From Octopus sinensis (Eukaryota): a stretch of DNA of 64,000 nucleotides. Positions 47,701-61,600 of the stretch are shown here, piece after piece. The notes under the pieces were generated by a model. That model had not been told where the DNA came from, searched no databases, and saw only the letters and a program-made list of their open reading frames with translations. The translations under genes and the position numbers were made by a program. The stretch spans positions 16,616,001 to 16,680,000 of the forward strand of contig NC_043025.1 in assembly GCF_006345805.1 (NCBI RefSeq). The letters run 5' to 3'. Every line of letters begins with the position of its first letter. Within the stretch, counting starts at the first letter, position 1.

Positions 47701-50700
47701 TACCTTCTTGTTGTGGGGTGGAAAAAATAAAGTAGCAGTGAAATACTGGGGTAGATTTAATATTCCTCTAAAAAATCTGAGATGCCAAGGGAATTATGAT
47801 TACAAAAGAGTAACACTAACTTACCTTCTTGTGGTGGGGGATACAATAAAGTAGCAGTGAAATACTGGGGTAGATTTAATATTCCTCTAAAACAACTGAG
47901 ATGCCAAGGGAATTATAATAGAAGACTAACACTAACTTACCTTTCATTGGTGTGGGGTGGATAAAATAAAGTAGCAGTGAAATACTGGGGTAGATTTAAT
48001 ATTCTCTCTAAAACATTGAGATGCCAAGGGAATTATGATAGAAGACTAACACTAACTTTACCTTTCATTGTTGTGGGGTGGATAAAAAAAGTAGCAGTGA
48101 AATACTGGGGTAGATTTAATATTCCTCTAAAACATCTGAGATGCCAAGGGAATTATAATAGAAGACTAACACTAACTTTACCTTTCTTTGTTGTGGGGGT
48201 GGAAAAAATAAAGTAGCCAGTGAATACTGGGGTAGATTAATATTCCTCTAAAACATCTGAGATGCCAAGGGAATTATGATAGAAGACTAACACTAACTTT
48301 ACCTTTCATTGTTGTGGGGTGGATAATAAAAGTAGCAGTGAAATACTGGGGGATTTAAATTTAATTTCTATAAATATCTGAGATGCCAAGGGAATTATAA
48401 TAGAAGACTAACACTAACTTTACCTTTCATGTTGTGGGGTGGATAAAATAAAGTAGCAGTAGCAGTGAAATACTGGGGTAGATTTATATTTCTATAAAAC
48501 ATCTGAGATGCAAGGGAATTATGATAGAAGACTAACACTAACTTTACCTTTCTTTGTTGTGGGGTGGATAAAATAAAGTAGCAGTAAATACTGGGGAAGA
48601 TTTAATATTTCTCTAAAACAGCTGATATGCAAAGGGAATTATGATAGAAGACTAACACTAACTTTACCTTTCTTTGTTGTGGGGTGGATAAAATAAAGTA
48701 GCAGTGAAATACTGGGGAAGATTTAATATTTCTATAAATATCTGAGATGCCAAGGGAATTATAATAGAAGACTAACACTAACTTTACCTTTCATTGTTGT
48801 GGGGTGGATAAAATAAAGTAGCAGTGAAATACTGGGGTAGATTTAATATTCCTCTAAAACATCTGAGATGCCAAGGGAATTATAATAGAAGACTAACACT
48901 AACTTTACCTTTCTTTGTTGTGGGGTGGATAAAATAAAGTAGCAGTGAAATACTGGGGTAGATTTAATATTCCTCTAAAACATCTGAGATGCCAAGGGAA
49001 TTATGATAGAAGACTAACACTAACTTTACCTTTCATTGTTGTGGGGTGGATAAAATAAAGTAGCAGTGAAAAACTGGGGTAGATTTAATATTTCTATAAA
49101 ACATCTGAGATGCCAAGGGAATTATAATAGAAGACTAACACTAACTTTACCTTTCTTTGTTGTGGGGTGGATAAAATAAAGTAGCAGTGAAATACTGGGG
49201 TAGATTTAATATTCCTCTAAAACATCTGAGATGCCAAGGGAATTATGATAGAAGACTAACACTAACTTTACCTTTCTTTGTTGTGGGGTGGATACAATAA
49301 AGTAGCAGTGAAATACTGGGGTAGATTTAATATTCCTCTAAAACATCTGAGATGCCAAGGGAATTATAATAGAAGACTAACACTAACTTTACCTTTCTTT
49401 GTTGTGGGGTGGATAAAATAAAGTAGCAGTGAAATACTGGGGTAGATTAATATTCCTCTAAAACATCTGAGATGCCAAGGGAATTATGATAGAAGACTAA
49501 CACTAACTTTACCTTTCATTGTTGTGGGGTGGATAAAATAAGTAGCAGTGAAATACTGGGGAAGATTTAATATTTCTATAAATATCTGAGATGCCAAGGG
49601 AATTATAATAGAAGACTAACACTAACTTTACCTTTCATTGTTGTGGGGTGGATAAAATAAGTAGCAGTGAAATACTGGGGTAGATTTAATATTTCTATAA
49701 AACATCTGAGATGCCAAGGGAATTATAATAGAAGACTAACACTAACTTTACCTTTCTTTGTTGTGGGGTGGATAATAAAGTAGCAGTGAAATACTGGGGT
49801 AGATTTAATATTCCTCTAAAACATCTGAGATGCCAAGGGAATTATGATAGAAGACTAACACTAACTTTACCTTTCTTTGTTGTGGGGTGGATAAAATAAA
49901 TAAAGTAGCAGTGAAATACTGGGGAAGATTTAATATTTCTCTAAAACAGCTGATACGCAAAGGGAATTATGATAGAAGACTAACACTAACTTTACCTTTC
50001 TTTGTTGTGGGGTGGATAAAATAAAGTAGCAGTGAAATACTGGGGAAGATTTAATATTTCTATAAATAGCTGATATGCAAAGGGAATTATGATAGAAGAC
50101 TAACACTAACTTTACCTTTCTTTGTTGTGGGGTGGATAAAAAAGTAGCAGTGAAATACTGGGGAAGATTAATATTTCTATAAATATCTGAGATGCCAAGG
50201 GAATTATGATAGAAGACTAACACTAACTTTACCTTCTTTGTTGTGGGGTGGATAAAATAAAGTAGCAGTGAAATACTGGGGAAGATTTAATACTTCTATA
50301 AATATCTGCGATGCCAAGGGAATTATGATAGAAGACTAACACTACTTTACCTTTCTTTGTTGTGGGGTGGATAAATAAAGTAGTAGTGAAATACTGGGGA
50401 AGATTTAATATTTCTATAAATATCTGCGATGCCAGGGAATTATGATAGAAGACTAACACTACTTTACCTTTCTTTGTTGTGGGGTGGATAAAATAAAGTA
50501 GCAGTGAAATACTGGGGAAGATTTAATATTTCTATAAAACATCTGAGATGCCAAGGGATTATGATAGAAGACTAACACTAACTTTACCTTTCATTGTTGT
50601 GGTGTTGATAAAATAAAGTAGCAGTGAAATACTGGGGTAGATTTAATATTCCTCTAAAACAGCTGATATGCAAAGGGAATTATGATGAAGGACTAAATAA

Positions 50701-52330
50701 TATAAAGACTAACACTAACTTACCTTTCTTTGTTGTGGGGTGGATAAAAATGTAGCAGTGAAATACTGGGGAAGATTTAATATTTCTATAAATATCTGCG
50801 ATGCCAAGGGAATTATGATAGAAGACTAACACTAACTTTACCTTTCTTTGTTGTGGGGTGGATAAAATAAAGTAGCAGTGAAATACTGGGGTAGATTTAA
50901 TATTCCTCTAAAACAGCTGATATGCAAAGGGAATTATGATAGAAGACTAACACTAACTTTACCTTTCTTTGTTGTGGGGTGGATAAAATAAAGTAGCAGT
51001 GAAATACTGGGGAAGATTTAATATTTCTATAAATATCTGCGATGCCAAGGGAATTATGATAGAAGACTAACACTAACTTTACCTTTCTTTGTTGTGGGGT
51101 GGATAAAATAAAGTAGCAGTGAAATACTGGGGAAGATTTAATATTTCTATAAAACAGCTGATATGCCAAGGGAATTATGATAGAAGACTAACACTAACTT
51201 TACCTTTCTTTGTTGTGGGGTGGATAAAATAAAGTAGCAGTGAAATACTGGGGTAGATTTAATATTTCTATAAAACAGCTGATATGCAAAGGGAATTATG
51301 ATAGAAGACTAACACTAACTTTACCTTTCTTTGTTGTGGGGTGGATAAAATAAAGTAGCAGTGAAATACTGGGGTAGATTTAATATTCCTCTAAAACAGC
51401 TGATATGCGAAGGGAATTATGATAGAAGACTAACACTAACTTTACCTTTCTTTGTTGTGGGGTGGATAAAATAAAGTAGCAGTGAAATACTGGGGAAGAT
51501 TTAATATTTCTATAAATATCTGCGATGCCAAGGGAATTATGATAGAAGACTAACACTAACTTTACCTTTCTTTGTTGTGGGGTGGATAAAATAAAGTAGC
51601 AGTGAAATACTGGGGAAGATTTAATATTTCTATAAATATCTGCGATGCCAAGGGAATTATGATAGAAGACTAACACTAACTTTACCTTTCATTGTTGTGG
51701 GGTGGATAAAATAAAGTAGCAGTGAAATACTGGGGAAGATTTAATATTTCTATAAAACATCTGAGATGCCAAGGGAATTATAATAGAAGACTAACACTAA
51801 CTTTACCTTTCATTGTTGTGGGGTTGATAAAATAAAGTAGCAGTGAAATACTGGGGTAGATTTAATATTCCTCTAAAACAGCTGATATGCAAAGGGAATT
51901 ATGATAGAAGACTAACACTAACTTTACCTTTCTTTGTTGTGGGGTGGATAAAATAAAGTAGCAGTGAAATACTGGGGAAGATTTAATATTTCTATAAATA
52001 TCTGCGATGCCAAGGGAATTATGATAGAAGACTAACACTAACTTTACCTTTCTTTGTTGTGTGGTGGATAAAATAAAGTAGCAGTGAAATACTGGGGTAG
52101 ATTTAATATTTCTATAAAACAGCTGATATGCAAAGGGAATTATGATAGAAGACTAACATTAACTTTACCTTTCTTTGTTGTGGGGTGGATAAAATAAAGT
52201 AGCAGTGAAATACTGGGGTAGATTTAATATTCCTATAGAACAGCTGATATGCAAAGGGAATTATGATAGAAGACTAACATTAACTTTACCTTTCTTTGTT
52301 GTGGGGTGGATAAAATAAAGTAGCAGTGAA
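38790..52330 (+). repeat. Satellite DNA, homogeneous domain: ~110 tandem ~121-bp monomers
   Basis: Consensus aaagtagcagtgaaatactggggtagatttaatattcctctaaaacatctgagatgccaagggaattat(a/g)atagaagactaacactaactttacctttc(a/t)ttgttgtggggtggataaaat; period of 121 read directly (39841 vs 39962). Confidence 0.98.
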
Positions 52331-55300
52331 ATACTGGGTTAGATTTAATATTCCTCTAAAACTTCTGAGATGCCAAGGCAATTGAAATAGAAGACTAACA
52401 GTAACTTTACGTTTCATTGTTGTGGGGTGGATAAAAATGTAGCAGTGAAATACTGGGGTAGATTTAATATTCCTCTAAAACTTCTGAGATGCCAAGGCAA
52501 TTGAAATAGAAGACTAACAGTAACTTTACGTTTCATTGTTGTGGGGTGGATAAAAATGTAGCAGTGAAATACTGGGGTAGATTTAATATTCCTATAATGT
52601 ATCTAAGATACCAAGGAAATTATAATAGTAGACTAACAGTAACTTTATCTTTCATTGTTGTGCGGTGGATACAATAAAGTACCAGTAAAATTCTGGGGTA
52701 GATTTAATATTCCTCTAAAACTTCTGAGATGCCAAGGCAATTGTAATAGAAGACTAGCAGTAACTTTAACTTTCATTGTAATTGTAATAGAAGACTAACA
52801 TTAACTTTAACTTTCATTAGCAGTAAAATCCTGGGGTAGATTTAATATTCCTCTATAACTTCTGAGATGACAAGGGAATTATAATAGAAGACTAACACTA
52901 ACTTTACCTTTCATTGTTGTGGGGTGGATACAATAAAGTAGCAGAAAAATTCTGGGGTAGATTTAATATTCCTCTAAAACTTTTGAGATGCCAAGGGAAT
53001 TATAATAGAAGACTAACAGTAACTTTATCTTTCATTGTCGTGGGGTGGATACAATAAAGTAGCAGTAAAATTCTTGGGTAGATTTAATATTCCTGTAAAA
53101 CTTTTGAGATGCCAAGGGAATTGTAATAGAAGACTAACAGTAACTTTATCTTTCATTGTTGTGCGGTGGATACAATAAAGTAGAAGTAAAATTCTGGGGT
53201 AGAGTTAATATTCCTCTGAAACTTCTGAGATGCCAAGGGAATTATAATAGAAGACTAACAGTTACTTTACGTTTCATTGTTGTGGGGGGGATAAATAATG
53301 TAGCAGTGAAATACTGGGGTCGATTTAATATTCCTATAAAGTATCTAAGATACCAAGAAAATTAGAATAGAAGACTAACAATAACTTTATCTTTCATTGG
53401 ATACAATAAAGTAGCAGTAAAATTCTGGGGTAGATTTAATCTTCCACTAAAACTTCTGAGATTCTAATTGAATTGTAATAGAAGACTAACTGTAACTTTA
53501 CCTTTCATTGTTGTGGCTTGGATACAATAAAAAAGCAGTAAAATTCTGGGATAGATTAATATCCCTCTAAAACTTCTGAGATGCCAAGGCAATTGTAATA
53601 GAACACTAACAGTTACTTTACCTTTCATTGTTGTGGGGTGGATAAATAAAGTAGCAGTGAAATACTGGGGTAGATTTAATATTCCCATAAAATTATCTAA
53701 GACACCAAGGAAATTACAATAGAAGACTAACACTAACTTTACGTTTCATTTTTGTGGGGTGGATACAATAAAGTAGCACTAAAATTCAGGGGTAGATTTA
53801 ATATTTCTCTAAAACTTCTGAGATGCCAAGACAATTGTAATAGAAGACTAACAGTAACTTTATATTTCATTGTTGTGCGGTGGATACAATAAAGTAGCAG
53901 TAAAATTCTGGGGTAGATTTAATATAACACTAAACCTTCTGAGATGCCAAGGGAATTATAATACAAGAAAAGAGTAACTTTACCTTTCATTGTTGTGGCT
54001 TGGATACAATAAAAAAGCAGTAAAATTCTGGCATAGATTTAATATCCTCTAAAACTTCTGAGATGCCAAGGCAATTGTAATAGAACACTAACAGTTACTT
54101 TACCTTTCATTGTTGTGGGGTGGATAAATAAAGTAGCAGTGAAATACTGGGGTAGATTTAATATTCCCATAAAATTATCTAAGACACCAAGGAAATTAGA
54201 ATAGAAGACTAACACTAACTTTACCTTTCATGTTTGTTGGGTGGACACAATAAAGTAGCAGTAAAATTCTGGGGTAGATTTAATATAACACTAAACCTTC
54301 TGAGATGCCAAGGCAATTGAAATAGAAGACTAACAGTAACTTTACGTTTCATTGTTGTGGGGTGGATAAAAATGTAGCAGTGAAATACTGGGGTAGATTT
54401 AATATTCCTATAATGTATCTAAGATACCAAGGAAATTATAATAGTAGACTAACAGTAACTTTATCTTTCATTGTTGTGCGGTGGATACAATAAAGTACCA
54501 GTAAAATTCTGGGGTAGATTTAATATTCCTCTAAAACTTCTGAGATGCCAAGGCAATTGTAATAGAAGACTAGCAGTAACTTTAACTTTCATTGTAATTG
54601 TAATAGAAGACTAACATTAACTTTAACTTTCATTAGCAGTAAAATCCTGGGGTAGATTTAATATTCCTCTATAACTTCTGAGATGACAAGGGAATTATAA
54701 TAGAAGACGAACACTAACTTTACCTTTCATTGTTGTGGGGTGGATACAATAAAGTAGCAGAAAAATTCTGGGGTAGATTTAATATTCCTCTAAAACTTTT
54801 GAGATGCCAAGGGAATTATAATAGAAGACTAACAGTAACTTTATCTTTCATTGTCGTGGGGTGGATACAATAAAGTAGCAGTAAAATTCTTGGGTAGATT
54901 TAATATTCCTGTAAAACTTTTGAGATGCCAAGGGATTTGTAATAGAAGACTAACAGTAACTTTATCTTTCATTGTTGTGCGGTGGATACAATAAAGTAGA
55001 AGTAAAATTCTGGGGTAGAGTTAATATTCCTCTGAAACTTCTGAGATGCCAAGGGAATTATAATAGAAGACTAACAGTTACTTTACGTTTCATTGTTGTG
55101 GGGGGGATAAATAATGTAGCAGTGAAATACTGGGGTCGATTTAATATTCCTATAAAGTATCTAAGATACCAAGAAAATTAGAATAGAAGACTAACAATAA
55201 CTTTATCTTTCATTGGATACAATAAAGTAGCAGTAAAATTCTGGGGTAGATTTAATCTTCCACTAAAACTTCTGAGATTCTAATTGAATTGTAATAGAAG

Positions 55301-57087
55301 ACTAACTGTAACTTTACCTTTCATTGTTGTGGCTTGGATACAATAAAAAAGCAGTAAAATTCTGGGATAGATTTAATATCCCTCTAAAACTTCTGAGATG
55401 CCAAGGCAATTGTAATAGAACACTAACAGTTACTTTACCTTTCATTGTTGTGGGGTGGATAAATAAAGTAGCAGTGAAATACTGGGGTAGATTTAATATT
55501 CCCATAAAATTATCTAAGACACCAAGGAAATTACAATAGAAGACTAACACTAACTTTACGTTTCATTTTTGTGGGGTGGATACAATAAAGTAGCACTAAA
55601 ATTCAGGGGTAGATTTAATATTTCTCTAAAACTTCTGAGATGCCAAGACAATTGTAATAGAAGACTAACAGTAACTTTATATTTCATTGTTGTGCGGTGG
55701 ATACAATAAAGTAGCAGTAAAATTCTGGGGTAGATTTAATATAACACTAAACCTTCTGAGATGCCAAGGGAATTATAATACAAGAAAAGAGTAACTTTAC
55801 CTTTCATTGTTGTGGCTTGGATACAATAAAAAAGCAGTAAAATTCTGGCATAGATTTAATATCCCTCTAAAACTTCTGAGATGCCAAGGCAATTGTAATA
55901 GAACACTAACAGTTACTTTACCTTTCATTGTTGTGGGGTGGATAAATAAAGTATCAGTGAAATACTGGGGTAGATTTAATATTCCCATAAAATTATCTAA
56001 GACACCAAGGAAATTAGAATAGAAGACTAACACTAACTTTACCTTTCATGTTTGTTGGGTGGACACAATAAAGTAGCAGTAAAATTCTGGGGTAGATTTA
56101 ATATAACACTAAACCTTCTGAGATGCCAAGGGAATTATAATACAAGAAAAGAGTAACTTTACCTTTCATTGTTGTGGGGTGTATACAATAAATTAGCAGT
56201 AAAATTCTGGGGTAGATTTAATATTTCTCTTAATCTTCTGAGAGGGCAAGGGAATTATAATATAAGACTAACTTTACCTTTCATTGTTGTTGGGTGGATA
56301 CAATAAATTAGCAGTAAAATTCTGGGGTGGATATAATATTCCTCAAAAAATTGTGAGATGCCAAGGGTATTAAAATAGAAGACTAACAGTAACTTTACCT
56401 TTCATTGTTGTGGGGTGGATACAATAATATAGCAGTAACATTCTGGGGTAGATTTAATATTCCCCTAAAACTTCTGAGATGCCAAAGGAATTGTAATAGA
56501 AGACTAACAGTAACTTTATCTTTCATTGTTGTGAGGTGGATACAATAATGTAGCAGTAAAATTCTGGGGTAGATTTAATATTCATCTAAAACTTCTGAGA
56601 TGACAAAGGAATTAAAATAGAAGACTAACACTAACTTTACCTTTCATTGTTGTGGAGTGGATACAATAAATTAGCAGTAATATTTTGGGGTAGATTTAAT
56701 ATTCCTTTAAAACTTCTGAGATGCCAAGGCAATTGTAATAGAAGACTAACAGTAACTTTACGTTTCATTGTTGTGGTGTGGCTAAATAAAGTAGCAGTGA
56801 AATACCGGGGTAAATTTAATATTCCTATAAAGTATCTAAGATACCAAGGAAATTATAATAGAAGACTAACAGTAACTTTATCTTTCATTGTTGTGCGGTG
56901 GATACAATAAAATAGCATTAAAATTCTGAGATAGATTTAATATTCATGTAAAACTTCTGAGATGCCAAGTCAATTGTAATAGAAGGCTAACATTGACTTT
57001 AACTTTCATTGTTATTGTAATGGAAGACTAACATTAACTTTAACCTTCATTAGCAGTAAAATCCTGGGGTAGATTTAATATTCCTCT

Positions 57088-57502
57088 TGTAACAGGATGG
57101 GTTATCGATTCACTGAAAGGGTGTCGATCCGATCCAGTCACATACAATTTTTGCAAGACAATACAGACGAAGTCAGGTTGTAGGTGAAAGACAGCAGTTC
57201 GTTTATTTATTGCGATGGCGTACGTGTGTCTGCTGGGAGAAGGACAGCCTCTGATGTAGAGCTTCGTGCTCGTTTTGTTGAAGAGGTTCGATGGTCGTTG
57301 GCGGCTAAGTCGGTGAGTTTATCAGAGCCTGCGAAATGTACGTCCGATCGCGTTGGCTGACTTGCCAGAGAGAAGGATTTGAGTTTGTCGGGCCCAAGGG
57401 AACGTTTCCTGCACATGCGCATGGGGAAGACTTCCAATGGCAACCCGGAAGTAGTCCTATTCTGCGCATGCGCGCCGAACCCTACACAGAAGCATCACTA
57501 CA
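57088..57502 (-). mobile_element. Solo LTR (415 bp), copy 1
   Basis: TGTAAC...ACTACA termini, 4-bp TSD CTCT (57084-57087 / 57503-57506), AATAAA on the minus strand (~57203-57212), CpG-rich against the satellite. Confidence 0.88.
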
Positions 57503-58248
57503 CTCTAAAACTTCTGAGATAACAAGGTAAATATAATAGAAGACAAACACTAACTTTACCTTTCATTGTTGTGGGGTGGATACAATAATATAGCAGTAAC
57601 ATTCTGGGGTAGATTTAATATTCCCCTAAAACTTCTGAGATGCCAAAGGAATTGTAATAGAAGACTAACAGTAACTTTATCTTTCATTGTTGTGAGGTGG
57701 ATACAATAATGTAGCAGTAAAATTCTGGGGTAGATTTAATATTCATCTAAAACTTCTGAGATGACAAAGGAATTAAAATAGAAGACTAACACTAACTTTA
57801 CCTTTCATTGTTGTGGAGTGGATACAATAAATTAGCAGTAATATTTTGGGGTAGATTTAATATTCCTTTAAAACTTCTGAGATGCCAAGGCAATTGTAAT
57901 AGAAGACTAACAGTAACTTTACGTTTCATTGTTGTGGTGTGGCTAAATAAAGTAGCAGTGAAATACCGGGGTAAATTTAATATTCCTATAAAGTATCTAA
58001 GATACCAAGGAAATTATAATAGAAGACTAACAGTAACTTTATCTTTCATTGTTGTGCGGTGGATACAATAAAATAGCATTAAAATTCTGAGATAGATTTA
58101 ATATTCATGTAAAACTTCTGAGATGCCAAGTCAATTGTAATAGAAGGCTAACATTGACTTTAACTTTCATTGTTATTGTAATGGAAGACTAACATTAACT
58201 TTAACCTTCATTAGCAGTAAAATCCTGGGGTAGATTTAATATTCCTCT

Positions 58249-58663
58249 TGTAACAGGATGGGTTATCGATTCACTGAAAGGGTGTCGATCCGATCCAGTC
58301 ACATACAATTTTTGCAAGACAATACAGACGAAGTCAGGTTGTAGGTGAAAGACAGCAGTTCGTTTATTTATTGCGATGGCGTACGTGTGTCTGCTGGGAG
58401 AAGGACAGCCTCTGATGTAGAGCTTCGTGCTCGTTTTGTTGAAGAGGTTCGATGGTCGTTGGCGGCTAAGTCGGTGAGTTTATCAGAGCCTGCGAAATGT
58501 ACGTCCGATCGCGTTGGCTGACTTGCCAGAGAGAAGGATTTGAGTTTGTCGGGCCCAAGGGAACGTTTCCTGCACATGCGCATGGGGAAGACTTCCAATG
58601 GCAACCCGGAAGTAGTCCTATTCTGCGCATGCGCGCCGAACCCTACACAGAAGCATCACTACA
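58249..58663 (-). mobile_element. Solo LTR (415 bp), copy 2, apparently identical
   Basis: Same termini, the same CTCT TSD on both sides and the same satellite flanks, offset exactly 1161 bp. Confidence 0.88.
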
Positions 58664-61600
58664 CTCTAAAACTTCTGAGATAACAAGGTAAATATAATAG
58701 AAGACAAACACTAACTTTACCTTTCATTGTTGTGGGGTGGATACAATAAAGAAGCAGTAAAATTCTGGGGTAGATTTAATATTCCTCTAAAACATCTGAG
58801 AAGCCAAGGCAATAGTAATTGAATACTAACAGTAATTTTACCTTTCATTGTTGTGCGGTGGATACAATAAAGTAGCACTAAAATTCTGGGAAGGATTTAA
58901 TATTCACCCAAAACTTCTGAGATGCCAAGGGAATTATAATAGAAGACTAACAGTAACTTTACCTTTCATTGCTGTGCGATGGATAAAATAAAGTAGCAGT
59001 AAAATTCTGGGGTAGATTTAATATTCCTGTAAAACTTCTGAGATGACAAAGGAATTGTAATAAAAGACTAACATTAACTTTACCTTTCATTGTTGTTGGG
59101 TGTATAGAATAAATTAGCAGTAAAATTCTGGTGCAAATTTAATATTTCTCTAAAACTTCTGAGATGGCAAGGGAATTATAATATAAGACTAACACTAACT
59201 TTACATTTCATTGTTGTGGGGTGGATACAATAAAGTAGCAGTAAAATTCTGGGGTAGATTTAATATTCCTGTAAAACTTCTGAGATTCCAAGGCAATTGT
59301 AATAGAAGACTAACATTAACTTTACCTTTAATTGTTGTTGGCTGGATACAATAATTTAGCAGTAAAATTCTGAGGTAGATTTAATATTCCTCTAAAACTT
59401 CTGAGATGACAAGGGAATTGTAATAGAAGAGTAACAGTAACTTTACCTTTCATTGTTGTGGGGTGGATACAATAAAGTAGCAGTAAAATTCTGGGGTAGA
59501 ATTAATATTCCTCAAAAACTTCTGAGATTCCAAGGCAATTGTAATAGAAAACTAACATTAACTTTACCTTTCATTGTTGTTGGGTGTATACAATAAATTA
59601 GCAGTGAAATACTAGGGTAGATTTAATATTCCTATAAAACTTCTGAGATGCCAAGGAATTGTAATAGAAGACGAACAGTGACTTTACCTTTCATTGTTGT
59701 GGGGTGGATACAATAAAATAGCAGTAAAATTCTGGGGTTGATTTAATATTCCTCTAAAACTTCTGAGATAAGAAGGTAATTATAATAGAAGTCTAACACT
59801 AACTTTACCTTTCATTGTTGTGGGGTGAATACAATAAAATAGCAGTAAAATTCTGGGGTAGATTTAATATTCCTGTAAAACTTCTGAGATTCCAAGTAAT
59901 AGAAGACTAACACTAACTTTACCTCTCATTGTTGTTGGGTGTATACAATAAAGTAGCAGTAAAATTCTGGGGTAGATTTAATATTTCTCTAAAACTTCTG
60001 AGATGGGAAGGGAATTATAATATAAGGCTAACACTAAATATACCTTTCATTGTTGTGGGGTGGATACAATAAATTAGCAGTAAAATACTGGGGTAGATTT
60101 AATATTCCTACTTTACGTTTCATTGTTGTGGGGTGGATACAATAAAGTAGCAGTAAAATTCAGGGGTAGATTTAATATTCCTCTCAAACTTCTGAGTGGC
60201 CAAGGCAATTGTATTTGAAGACTAACAGAAACATTATCTTTTATTGTTGTGTAGTGGATACAATAAAGTAGCAGTAAAATTCTGGGAAAGATTTAATATT
60301 ACTACAAAACTTCTGAGATGCCAAGGGAATTATAATAGACTAACAGTAACTTTACCTTTCATTGTTGTTGGGTGTATACAATAAGTTAGCAGTAAAATTC
60401 TGAGGTAGATTTAATATTTCTCTAAACTTCTGAGATGGCAAGGGAATTATAATATAAGACTAACACTAAATTTACCTTTCATTGTTGTAGGGTGGATAAA
60501 ATAAATTAGCAGCAAAATTCTGGGGTAGATTTAATATTCCTTTAAACTTCTGAGATGAGAAGGGAATTATAATATAAGACTAACAGTAACTTTATCTTTC
60601 ATTGTTGTGCGGTGGATATAATAAAGTAGCAGCAAAAAATTCTGGGGTAGATTTAATATTCCTCTAAAACTTCTGAGAAGAAAAAGGAATTGTAATAGTA
60701 GACGAACAATGAATTTACCTTTCATTGTTGTGGGGTGGATACAATAAAATAGCAGGAAAATTTTGGGTAGATTTAATATTCCTCTAAAACTTCTGAGATG
60801 CCAAGGGAATGGTAATAGAAGAATAACAGTAACTTTACCTTTCATTTTTGTGGGCATTGTTGTGCGGTGGATACAATAAATTAGCAGTAAAATTCTGGGG
60901 TAGGTTTAATACTCCTGTGAAACTTCTTAGATTCCAAGGCAATTGTAATAGACGACTAACATTAACTTTACCTTTAATTGTTGTTGGGTGGATACAATAA
61001 TTTAGCAGTAAAATTCTGGGGTAGATTTAATATTCCTCTAAAACTACTGAGATTCGAAGGGAATTATAATAGAAGACTAACAGTAACTTTACCTTTCATT
61101 GTTGTGGGGTGGATACATTAAAGTAGCAGTAAAATTCTGGGGTAGATTTAATATTCCTCTAAAACTTCTGAGATGCCAAGGCAATTGTAATTGAAGACTA
61201 ACACTAACTTTATCTTTCATTGTTGTGCGCTGGATACAATACAGTAGCAGTAAAATTCTGGGAAAGATTTAATATTCCTCTAAAACTTCTGAGATTCCAA
61301 GGCAATTGTAATAGAAGACTAACATTAACTTTACCTTTCATTGTTGTGCGGTGGATACAATAAATTAGCAGGAAAATTCTGGGTAGATTTAATATTTCCC
61401 TAAAACTTCTAAGATGGCAAGGGAATTATAATATAAGACTAACAGTAACTTTAGCTTTCATTGCTGTGCGGTGGATACGATAAATTAGCAGTGAAATACT
61501 GGGGTAGATTTAATATTCCTGTAGAACTTCTGAGATGACAAAGGAATTGTAATAGAAGAGTAACAGTAAATTTACCTTTCATTTTTGTGGATATTGTTGT

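Noticed and set aside
57207-57530. ORFs inside the LTR (78 aa and 64 aa)
   Set aside because: Short, no recognisable motif, and they appear twice only because of the duplication.
57088-58663. A complete small LTR element (TRIM-like) with two LTRs flanking 746 bp
   Set aside because: Each LTR has its own CTCT TSD on both sides, the interior is ordinary satellite identical to the upstream flank, and there is no PBS or PPT. This is tandem duplication of a solo LTR.
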